This document shows, in pieces, positions 1-5,150 of a stretch of DNA of 6,193 bases (position 1 is the first letter of the stretch; every line of letters starts with the position of its first letter). The DNA comes from Leidyana gryllorum EB-2025a (lineage: Eukaryota; Protista; Apicomplexa), in NCBI GenBank assembly GCA_048772705.1, contig JBLWGC010000135.1, forward strand, positions 1 to 6,193. Direction: 5' to 3'. The notes beneath the pieces were generated by a model. That model was not told the DNA's origin. It saw only the letters and a list, made by a program, of their open reading frames with translations, and made no database searches. Made by a program: the position numbers and the translations under genes.

Positions 1-36
1 TTAATAGTGACTGATTCGTGATCTTTGGCTTGCATT

Positions 37-108
37 GCCTTCTTAGCTTAGGGGCAGAGCATTCGCTTAGTAAGCGAAAGGTCGCCGGTTCGATTCCGGC
101 AGAAGGCT
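37..108 (+). tRNA. trnT: tRNA-Thr(AGT), intact
   Basis: Acceptor GCCTTCT/AGAAGGC, anticodon arm TTCGC-TTAGTAA-GCGAA, T arm GCCGG-TTCGATT-CCGGC; 72 nt. Confidence 0.95.
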
Positions 109-163
109 CGACTGCATCGAATGGGCACCTGCAAGCTTATCGCAACTCCAATCATCGTAGCTG

Positions 164-236
164 AGCCTCGTAGCTCAGCCATCAGAGTGTAAGTCTCTTA
201 GCCACGAAGTCGCAGGTTTGGAACCTGCCAGTACCT
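164..236 (+). pseudogene. Degenerate tRNA-Asn-derived pseudogene (loop now reads CTT)
   Basis: Colinear with intact Asn at 4303-4375 (GTAGCTCAG...CCACGAAGTCGCAGGTTTGGAACCTGCCAG); anticodon stem, D loop and T loop broken. Confidence 0.8.
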
Positions 237-251
237 GACGCACCCACAGCG

Positions 252-321
252 CTCTGTTTGGTCCAGTTATATATTCTTCCTTTGGTGGAAGAAGTCCTGG
301 GTTCGATTCCCAGAACAGCCC
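252..321 (+). pseudogene. tRNA-Pro pseudogene (TGG-like, 6-nt anticodon loop)
   Basis: 3' part AGTCCTGGGTTCGATTCCCAGAACAGCCC identical to Pro at 4043-4114; 5' end and D arm mutated. Confidence 0.85.
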
Positions 322-459
322 GTTTGATAGTTGTTGACTCAATGCCACGTCTCTCCAAGGTGGGCTTCTATACGCGGCTCCCACTCTTACAATGCCGGAT
401 GAAGTCCAGACCAGCTGAGACAAAATCTGAGTTGCAGCAGTTGTGAGGGGCTGGAACTG

Positions 460-531
460 CTCCGAGACCGGGAATCGAACCCGGGTCTCCCGCGTGACAG
501 GCGGAAATACTAATCACTATACTATCTCGGA
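460..531 (-). tRNA. trnD: tRNA-Asp(GTC), near-intact (D-loop GG>GA)
   Basis: Reverse complement TCCGAGATAGTATAGTGATTAGTATTTCCGCCTGTCACGCGGGAGACCCGGGTTCGATTCCCGGTCTCGGAG. Confidence 0.88.
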
Positions 532-609
532 CGCTAGTAAACACGCCGGCCTCCAACCCCAGAACTCCTCGCATTTTGAATTTCACGCACAGGAAACGGG
601 TAACACTTC

Positions 610-656
610 GGCAAGATGGCCGAGTGCTGTGTGCAAGCCGCCGTCCGAAAATGCGG
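610..656 (+). pseudogene. Truncated tRNA-Leu remnant
   Basis: GGCAAGATGGCCGAGTG..CTGTG..CCGCCGTCCGAAA matches Leu at 6042-6121 including upstream AACACTTC; internal deletion, T arm lost. Confidence 0.8.
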
Positions 657-692
657 GCGGATGATCGCAACCATGTTTAGGCTAATGACTGA

Positions 693-764
693 AGCCTCCT
701 GCCGGAATCGAACCAGCGACCTTTCGCTTACAAAGCGAATGCTCTGCCCCTAAGCTAAGGAGGC
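693..764 (-). tRNA. trnT: tRNA-Thr(TGT), intact
   Basis: Reverse complement GCCTCCTTAGCTTAGGGGCAGAGCATTCGCTTTGTAAGCGAAAGGTCGCTGGTTCGATTCCGGCAGGAGGCT. Confidence 0.94.
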
Positions 765-828
765 ATTCCCTGTCTCGACCCATATGAGTTTTTGATGCTG
801 GGAATTGCATCATTTCCACCACATCGCA

Positions 829-910
829 CGACAACTGCTGGATTTGAACCAGCGCGGGCCCGGCTCAGTAGATTTCTAGTCTACCCCCTTAACCAGTCGG
901 GCAAGTTGCC
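829..910 (-). tRNA. trnS: tRNA-Ser(AGA), variant (G15>C, variable-arm changes)
   Basis: 82 nt, anticodon arm GTAGA-CTAGAAA-TCTAC, long variable arm, G73; a few substitutions relative to 1806-1887. Confidence 0.85.
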
Positions 911-980
911 GTTGTCGAACTTGGCATTTTGCGGCCAGTGGCTTCACATACGGTTCAGCAAGCTTTACTAGGACTGCTCG

Positions 981-1044
981 CGCCGCCCGAACCCGCGGTT
1001 CTCCCTTCAAAAGTCTTGTGCTCTACCGACGGAGTTGGGGCGGC
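981..1044 (-). pseudogene. tRNA-Lys(TTT)-like pseudogene with 3' internal deletion
   Basis: Reverse complement GCCGCCC CAACTCCGTCGGTAGAGCACAAGACTTTT...GCGGGTTC GGGCGGCG: acceptor stem intact, CT-TTT loop, 3' anticodon strand and T arm destroyed. Confidence 0.65.
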
Positions 1045-1142
1045 AAGAAAGCTCGGACTTGGTAACAAATTCCAGTCGTATTGATGGTGGAATCTTTCCG
1101 AGACGGTTCGGCTCTCGGCCGAAGCCTAAACTCGAGCACTTG

Positions 1143-1215
1143 TCGACCGTAGTCTAAATGGCTAGGATATGCGGCTTTCACCCGCACGATCCGGGTTCAA
1201 GTCCCGGCAGTGGAA
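1143..1215 (+). pseudogene. trnE: tRNA-Glu(TTC), full length, probable pseudogene
   Basis: Anticodon arm TGCGG-CTTTCAC-CCGCA and T arm intact; acceptor TCGACCG/CAGTGGA has two mismatches. Confidence 0.8.
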
Positions 1216-1291
1216 GTCATTAGAGTACTCGATCAAAGTGCTCTGATAACTTGCGTAAATAGGGACTGATGCGTGATTCCCGGCTTGCATT

Positions 1292-1363
1292 GCCTTCTTA
1301 GCTTAGGGGCAGAGCATTCGTTTAGTAAGCGAAAGGTCGCCGGTTCGATTCCGGCAGAAGGCT
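1292..1363 (+). tRNA. trnT: tRNA-Thr(AGT)
   Basis: Identical to 37-108 except one C>T giving a T:G pair at the base of the anticodon stem. Confidence 0.92.
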
Positions 1364-1410
1364 TGCTCACGAGCCAATCTATCCTACAACTGTTCTCTTC
1401 TGCCCACACT

Positions 1411-1482
1411 TAGCAGTGCGTCGTTTCGATCGACGGATCTTTGGGTTATGAGCCCAACACTCTTCCACTGAGCTACACTGCT
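1411..1482 (-). tRNA. trnM: Initiator tRNA-Met(CAT)
   Basis: Reverse complement AGCAGTGTAGCTCAGTGGAAGAGTGTTGGGCTCATAACCCAAAGATCCGTCGATCGAAACGACGCACTGCTA: A1:U72, three G:C pairs in anticodon stem, A54/A60 T loop. Confidence 0.95.
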
Positions 1483-1586
1483 TAGTCTGCAACATGTCAG
1501 AGGTAGCCGGAATGCGATTCTCGAGAGGTTAGTTGCGCTGACTGCCCTACCGAAGTGGGCTAACGAGGTGGCTGTTTTGGTTCTGG

Positions 1587-1608
1587 GGCAACTTGTCCGA
1601 TCGGGTAA
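1587..1608 (+). pseudogene. 5' remnant of tRNA-Ser
   Basis: GGCAACTTGTCCGATCGGGTAA vs Ser 5' end GGCAACTTGCCCGAGTGGTTAA (18/22); inverted homolog at about 4128-4150. Confidence 0.5.
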
Positions 1609-1621
1609 CCGACGACCAAGA

Positions 1622-1688
1622 GGGCTGTGCTGGGAATCGAACCAGGACTCCACCCTGAGGAGGGGTCACAGCACTAGACCAAACAGCC
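1622..1688 (-). pseudogene. tRNA-Pro pseudogene (AGG-like)
   Basis: Reverse complement GGCTGTTTGGTCTAGTGCTGTGACCCCTCCTCAGGGTGGAGTCCTGGTTCGATTCCCAGCACAGCCC; deletions in anticodon and T arms. Confidence 0.85.
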
Positions 1689-1739
1689 CGTCGGACATAA
1701 TATGTGAAGAACCACTAATTGCTATGGGGTCTGCACAGC

Positions 1740-1764
1740 GGGCGACTAGCTGGAATGATATAGC
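1740..1764 (+). pseudogene. 5' remnant of tRNA-Ala
   Basis: GGGCGACTAGCTGGAATGATATAGC vs 4903-4927 (21/25); upstream flank weakly resembles 4867-4902. Confidence 0.65.
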
Positions 1765-1805
1765 ACAGCCACGACCGAATGGAGTTGATGCCCGATCACA
1801 TAACA

Positions 1806-1887
1806 CGACAACTGCTGGATTCGAACCAGCGCGGGCCAGGCCCAGTAGATTTCTAGTCTACCCCCTTAACCACTCGGGCAAGTTGCC
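1806..1887 (-). tRNA. trnS: tRNA-Ser(AGA), intact
   Basis: Reverse complement GGCAACTTGCCCGAGTGGTTAAGGGGGTAGACTAGAAATCTACTGGGCCTGGCCCGCGCTGGTTCGAATCCAGCAGTTGTCG. Confidence 0.95.
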
Positions 1888-1984
1888 ACCTGTCGGACTT
1901 AGTAACAGATTCCATCCGTATTCCTCGTAGAATGTTGGGGCTTCCTCGGGTCGAGGGCAACTCTGTATCACAGATCCACTCCCT

Positions 1985-2058
1985 TGGTCACGCCCGGGCT
2001 CGAACCGGGGACCTTGAGCTTATTAGGCTCACGCTCTAACCGACTGAGCTACGCGACC
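1985..2058 (-). tRNA. trnI: tRNA-Ile(AAT), intact
   Basis: Reverse complement GGTCGCGTAGCTCAGTCGGTTAGAGCGTGAGCCTAATAAGCTCAAGGTCCCCGGTTCGAGCCCGGGCGTGACCA. Confidence 0.95.
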
Positions 2059-2184
2059 ACTTCTGCGACGACACTCGGCACCGGTTCGAGAACCTTTTGC
2101 CTCTGCTTGCCGCGGTATTGGATCGATATCCAGAATGTCACCTCGGACCACCCCGGAATCTGAGTCTCACTTCTGAGCTTAAGA

Positions 2185-2240
2185 GCTTGAAGTGCCACTA
2201 TTGAAGATCTGAGGTTGAGCCTCAGTTCAATCATTCAAGC
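2185..2240. repeat. Extended imperfect inverted repeat (three stacked stems)
   Basis: GCTTGAA/TTCAAGC, ATTGAA/TTCAAT, CTGAGGT/GCCTCAG around a TGA loop. Confidence 0.7.
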
Positions 2241-2264
2241 AGTTGCGCTCTCCCCGAGTGCCAC

Positions 2265-2361
2265 GGACAATGGTGAGATTCAACTCACGTGGGTGAAACC
2301 CAACGGCTTAGCAAGCCGCCGCCTTAACCGGCCGCCGCCTTAACCACTCGGCCACCTTGCC
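2265..2361 (-). pseudogene. tRNA-Ser(GCT) pseudogene with internal 16-nt duplication
   Basis: Anticodon arm GCGGC-TTGCTAA-GCCGT, long variable arm; GCCGCCGCCTTAACC repeated at 2315-2329 and 2331-2345; T loop lacks C56. Confidence 0.88.
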
Positions 2362-2405
2362 GACGACATCTCTTACTCGCTGGCACTAATTCACAACGGT
2401 TTGGG

Positions 2406-2563
2406 GTCCTAGTCAAGCTTGCTGAACCGTATGTGACATCACTGGCCGCAAAATGCCGAGTTCGACAGGTGGCAACTTGCCCGAGTGGTTAAGGGGGTAG
2501 ACTCGAAATCTACTGGGCCTGGCCCGCGCTGGTTCAAATCCAGCAGTTGTCGTGCGATGTGGT
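2406..2563 (+). repeat. Inverted duplicate of 817-974 (flank-Ser-flank module)
   Basis: GTCCTAGT.AAGCTTGCTGAACCGTATGTGA...CACTGGCCGCAAAATGCC.AGTTCGACA and TGCGATGTGGT shared in reverse complement. Confidence 0.9.
2471..2552 (+). tRNA. trnS: tRNA-Ser(CGA), intact
   Basis: GGCAACT...GTAGA-CTCGAAA-TCTAC...GCTGG-TTCAAAT-CCAGC AGTTGTC G; 82 nt. Confidence 0.95.
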
Positions 2564-2628
2564 TGGAGGGCTAAACATCAACTCACGCATGAATTTCTGG
2601 AATGGTGGAAAAACAATCATGTGTCTTC

Positions 2629-2699
2629 TGCATCTTCCGGGAATCGAACCCGGGTCGTCTCGATGGCAACGAGACATTCTACCACTAGACCACAGATGC
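2629..2699 (-). tRNA. trnG: tRNA-Gly(GCC), one acceptor mismatch (G7:A66)
   Basis: Reverse complement GCATCTGTGGTCTAGTGGTAGAATGTCTCGTTGCCATCGAGACGACCCGGGTTCGATTCCCGGAAGATGCA; T5 run about 16 nt downstream (2609-2613). Confidence 0.9.
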
Positions 2700-2850
2700 G
2701 TGACACTTCCATTCCTGACCACAAAGTAATGAGTACTACTCCAGCCCGTCCCATTTCTGTGAGGCTACAGGTCCGTAGATGACAATCAGGCTGCTCATGA
2801 TATGTGTGTTCCCAGAAACACACGCCCCTCTCACAGTTCGGAAGCTCCGT

Positions 2851-2923
2851 GCAGCCATGGTCTAGTGGTTACGACGTCTGCTTAACACGCAGAAGGTCCC
2901 GAGTTCGATCCTCGGTGGCTGTA
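2851..2923 (+). tRNA. trnV: tRNA-Val(AAC), intact
   Basis: GCAGCCA/TGGCTGT acceptor, TCTGC-TTAACAC-GCAGA, CCGAG-TTCGATC-CTCGG. Confidence 0.94.
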
Positions 2924-2977
2924 GCTCGCAACTTTCAGCGAGATCCAAAGGAAACAATCCTAAGCGCAACCATTGTG

Positions 2978-3047
2978 CTCCGAGACCGGGAATCCACCCT
3001 GGTCTTCCGCGTAATAGGCGGAAATACTAACCGCTATACTATCTCGA
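2978..3047 (-). pseudogene. tRNA-Asp pseudogene (anticodon mutated GTC>ATT, T loop broken)
   Basis: Colinear with 460-531; loop CTATTAC; T region GGGTGGATT. Confidence 0.88.
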
Positions 3048-3084
3048 GAACCAAAGGAAGCAATCCTAAGCAAAATCAACTTTG

Positions 3085-3135
3085 CTCCGAGACCGCGAAA
3101 CGAACCCTGGTCTTCCGCGTGACAGGCGGAAATAC
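3085..3135 (-). pseudogene. 5'-truncated tRNA-Asp(GTC) pseudogene
   Basis: Anticodon arm intact; about 32 nt (equivalent to 511-542) deleted, joining GGAAATAC to ACGCCGGCCTCCAA. Confidence 0.88.
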
Positions 3136-3216
3136 ACGCCGGCCTCCAATCCCAGCAGTCTTTCTATTTTGACTCGCGAACAGAAAACGTGTAAAGCGGC
3201 GAGCCAAGAGCACTCC

Positions 3217-3296
3217 GGCACGGTGGCCGAGTGGTCTAAGGCGCTGTGTTAAGGCCGCAGTCCGAAAGGGCGTGAGTTCGAATCCCACTCTTGTCA
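3217..3296 (+). tRNA. trnL: tRNA-Leu(AAG), full length with acceptor and T-stem mismatches (possible pseudogene)
   Basis: CTGTG-TTAAGGC-CGCAG, variable arm TCCGAAAGGG; C:T in acceptor, A:C in T stem; T4 at 3301-3304. Confidence 0.82.
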
Positions 3297-3356
3297 ACTG
3301 TTTTATTGTCATCTGGTCAGCTACTCAATGCAATAGCTCTTCCATGTTGTGGCTGT

Positions 3357-3429
3357 GGGCGGCTAGCTCAAATGGTAGAGCGCTCGCTTCGCATGCGAGA
3401 GGTACTGGGATCGATACCCAGGTCGTCCA
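3357..3429 (+). tRNA. trnA: tRNA-Ala(CGC), intact
   Basis: G3:U70, CTCGC-TTCGCAT-GCGAG, CTGGG-ATCGATA-CCCAG. Confidence 0.95.
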
Positions 3430-3601
3430 AACTGTCTGGAATCTTCGTCTCCAGCTGCCAGAACCCACAGGTGCAGCTGAGAGCTTGACAGAGGCTGCAG
3501 CACGCGCTGAGACATGAGCAAACGCGCCCCACCAATGAAATGCATGTTTCGACCCAGATGAGGAGTCTGTGACCCTCAGCCACAGCGATTTTCACAGCGC
3601 A

Positions 3602-3673
3602 TGACAACTGACTGCTGAATTTGAGCCACTAAGGGCCGGATTGAGAAGGTGTGAAGTTCACTCGCTCAACCAC
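3602..3673 (-). pseudogene. Heavily decayed tRNA-Ser remnant
   Basis: GACAACTG(ACTG)CTGAATTTGAGCCA...GGGCCGG...CTCAACCAC is colinear with 829-895; flank CACAGCGCA resembles CACATCGCA. Confidence 0.7.
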
Positions 3674-3730
3674 CTCCACCTCCTTTCAATGTGGCACGGC
3701 TCTCATCTGAAGTCTCAACTCGGCAAATAA

Positions 3731-3803
3731 TCCACTGTAGGCTGAGTGGCTAGGATATGCGGCATTCACCCGCACGATCCGGGTTCGAGTCCCGGCAGTG
3801 GAA
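3731..3803 (+). pseudogene. trnE: tRNA-Glu(TTC), full length, U33>A and D-arm changes (probable pseudogene)
   Basis: Perfect acceptor TCCACTG/CAGTGGA and T arm; anticodon loop CATTCAC. Confidence 0.8.
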
Positions 3804-3879
3804 GTCATTAGACTACTCGAGCAAAGTGCTCCAATAATCTCCGTCAATAGTGACTGATTTGTAATCTTCGGCTTGCATT

Positions 3880-3950
3880 GCCTTCTTAGTTGAGGGGCAG
3901 AGCATTCGCTTAGTGAGCGAAAGTCGGTGGTTCGATTCCGGCAGAAGGCT
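3880..3950 (+). pseudogene. tRNA-Thr(AGT) pseudogene
   Basis: Copy of 37-108 with D-stem changes, A37>G, 1-nt deletion and T-stem mismatch. Confidence 0.85.
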
Positions 3951-3979
3951 CGACTGCATCGACAGGGCACCTGCAAGCG

Positions 3980-4027
3980 GTAAGTCTCTTAGCCACGAAG
4001 CCGCAGGTTTGGAACCTGCCAGTACCT
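3980..4027 (+). pseudogene. 3' part of the Asn-derived pseudogene
   Basis: One substitution relative to 189-236; 5' part deleted. Confidence 0.8.
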
Positions 4028-4042
4028 GAGGCACCCACAGGG

Positions 4043-4114
4043 GGCTGTTTGGTCTAGTGGTATGATGCTTCCTTCGGGTGGAAGGAGTCCTGGGTTCGAT
4101 TCCCAGAACAGCCC
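4043..4114 (+). tRNA. trnP: tRNA-Pro(CGG), intact
   Basis: GGCTGTT/AACAGCC, CTTCC-TTCGGGT-GGAAG, CTGGG-TTCGATT-CCCAG. Confidence 0.94.
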
Positions 4115-4233
4115 TCTTGGTCGTCGGTTGACCCGACGGGACAAGTTGCCCTCACAACCAACACAGCCACCTCGTTAGCCCACCTCGGTAGGGCAGTCAG
4201 GGCAACTAACATCTAGAGAATCGCATTTCGGCT
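4043..4233 (+). repeat. Pro plus 119-nt trailer; inverted copy at 1505-1688
   Basis: ACAGCCACCTCGTTAGCCCAC.TCGGTAGGGCAGTCAG.GCAACTAAC.TCT.GAGAATCGCATT shared in reverse complement. Confidence 0.9.
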
Positions 4234-4302
4234 CAGTCTACGATCTTGGAAAGGGGTTCCAAGAGCACAAGTGCCGTCTAGAGAGTACGGTGCCGCATCA
4301 CC

Positions 4303-4375
4303 CGGTCCTGGCAGGTTTCGAACCTGCGACTTTGTGGTTAACAGCCACACGCTCTGCCGACTGAGCTACAAGACC
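4303..4375 (-). tRNA. trnN: tRNA-Asn(GTT), intact
   Basis: Reverse complement GGTCTTGTAGCTCAGTCGGCAGAGCGTGTGGCTGTTAACCACAAAGTCGCAGGTTCGAAACCTGCCAGGACCG. Confidence 0.95.
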
Positions 4376-4509
4376 CAATTACAATGTTCTTCCACCTTCC
4401 GGGCTGTGAAAGGGGCGTGTGTCGTTGGACACACGTATCCGATGAGCCCGTTCGTCGTCGCTTGAACCGACGCTACGGCTCTCGTCCAAAGCCTCAACTC
4501 GGGCACTTG

Positions 4510-4543
4510 TCCACTGTAGTCTAAGTGGTTAGGATATGCGGCT
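4510..4543 (+). pseudogene. 5' half of tRNA-Glu ending at U33
   Basis: TCCACTGTAGTCTAAGTGGTTAGGATATGCGGCT with the Glu upstream flank (4476-4509), cut just before the anticodon. Confidence 0.88.
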
Positions 4544-4544
4544 A

Positions 4545-4617
4545 TGATGCGGATGGGACTCGAACCCACAACTCCCGGTTCCGAAGACCGATGCCCTCTC
4601 CATTAGGCCACCGCACC
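4545..4617 (-). tRNA. trnR: tRNA-Arg(TCG)
   Basis: Reverse complement GGTGCGGTGGCCTAATGGAGAGGGCATCGGTCTTCGGAACCGGGAGTTGTGGGTTCGAGTCCCATCCGCATCA. Confidence 0.9.
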
Positions 4618-4714
4618 ATGGATAGGCTTCGGTCATCTCGCTACTGGTTGGGTGAAAGGGAGACACCGGGGCAGCCCGCTTTCGTCCCACTCAAAAGTCG
4701 GATGCGTCCCGAAT

Positions 4715-4787
4715 GCGGTTGTGGCGCAATGGATAGGGCGTTGCCCTCCTAAGGCAAAGGTTGAGGGTTCGAGTCCCTCCAGCCGTT
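4715..4787 (+). tRNA. trnR: tRNA-Arg(CCT), one D-stem mismatch
   Basis: GCGGTTG/CAGCCGT, TTGCC-CTCCTAA-GGCAA, GAGGG-TTCGAGT-CCCTC. Confidence 0.9.
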
Positions 4788-4902
4788 TCCTGCGTGCCTT
4801 CGTTTGTGCAAAGTGGAGCACAAACTGGTGAAAGTGATCGATGGAGTTGGGAGATTGGTCATACCATGTAAAAAGAACTGGATGTACTGGGGTTTGCTGA
4901 AT

Positions 4903-4975
4903 GGGCGACTAGCTCAAATGGTAGAGCGCTCGCTTAGCATGCGAGAGGTACTGGGATCGATGCCCAGGTCGTCCA
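4903..4975 (+). tRNA. trnA: tRNA-Ala(AGC), intact
   Basis: GGGCGAC/GTCGTCC with G3:U70, CTCGC-TTAGCAT-GCGAG. Confidence 0.95.
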
Positions 4976-5045
4976 AAGTACGTACGGCTGCACGTGCCCC
5001 TATTTATTTACCGAGTTGAGAGCTTTTGATTGTGCTGTGCAGCCC

Positions 5046-5065
5046 TTGGACAGACCTGGGCACCG
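5046..5065 (-). pseudogene. 3'-end fragment of tRNA-Ala, inverted relative to 4958-4976
   Basis: Reverse complement CGGTGCCCAGGTCTGTCCAA vs CGATGCCCAGGTCGTCCAA. Confidence 0.6.
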
Positions 5066-5105
5066 CAGTATGTGTGAAGGTTGCCTCAGAGCCCGGATTT
5101 CCGAG

Positions 5106-5150
5106 TTTGCATTTTACAATCACACACTCTCCCAACTAAGATACAAGAGC
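5106..5150 (-). pseudogene. Decayed 5' part of tRNA-Asn
   Basis: CACACACTCTCCCAACTAAGATACAAGAGCCAGTTACAAT aligns with CACACGCTCTGCCGACTGAGCTACAAGACCCAATTACAAT (4346-4385), flank included. Confidence 0.7.

Larger units (their letters stand above)
2939..3135. repeat. Tandem duplication, period about 106 nt, each unit holding an Asp pseudogene
   Basis: CGAGA.CCAAAGGAA.CAATCCTAAGC at 2939 and 3045, followed by TGCTCCGAGACCG...GGCGGAAATAC in both. Confidence 0.9.
3697..4114 (+). repeat. Glu-Thr-Asn(psi)-Pro module; direct copies at 1-321, 1109-1363 and 4476-4543
   Basis: Shared spacers CGGCTCTC..AAG.CT.AACTCG, GTCATTAGA.TACTCGA.CAAAGTGCTC, GACTGAT..GT.AT...GGCTTGCATT, CGACTGCATCGA..GGGCACCTGCAAGC, GCACCCACAG. 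Confidence 0.9.

Noticed and set aside
164-236. tRNA-Lys(CTT)
   Set aside because: The body aligns to Asn and the stems are broken; CTT is best read as a decayed GTT.
1985-1987. Encoded 3' CCA on Ile (and on the Ala genes)
   Set aside because: The CCA is positions 71-73 (acceptor stem plus discriminator), not an added tail.
2108-2135. Possible tRNA-Phe 3' relic (TGCCGCGG..GGATCGA)
   Set aside because: Too short, and no reference copy in the window to align against.
3430-3600. snoRNA, 5S rRNA, snRNA or spliced-leader RNA in the long spacer
   Set aside because: Only scattered CTGA/ATGA words; no convincing C/D pair with terminal stem and no recognisable 5S, U6 or dinoflagellate SL motif. An Rfam scan would settle it.
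3602-3690. Functional tRNA-Sec or opal suppressor
   Set aside because: The anticodon stem cannot pair, the 5' acceptor strand is missing and no Sec-type 9/4 fold is present.
5106-5150. tRNA-Tyr(GTA)
   Set aside because: The loop reads GTA, but the body and flank match Asn 4303-4385 and no cloverleaf forms.
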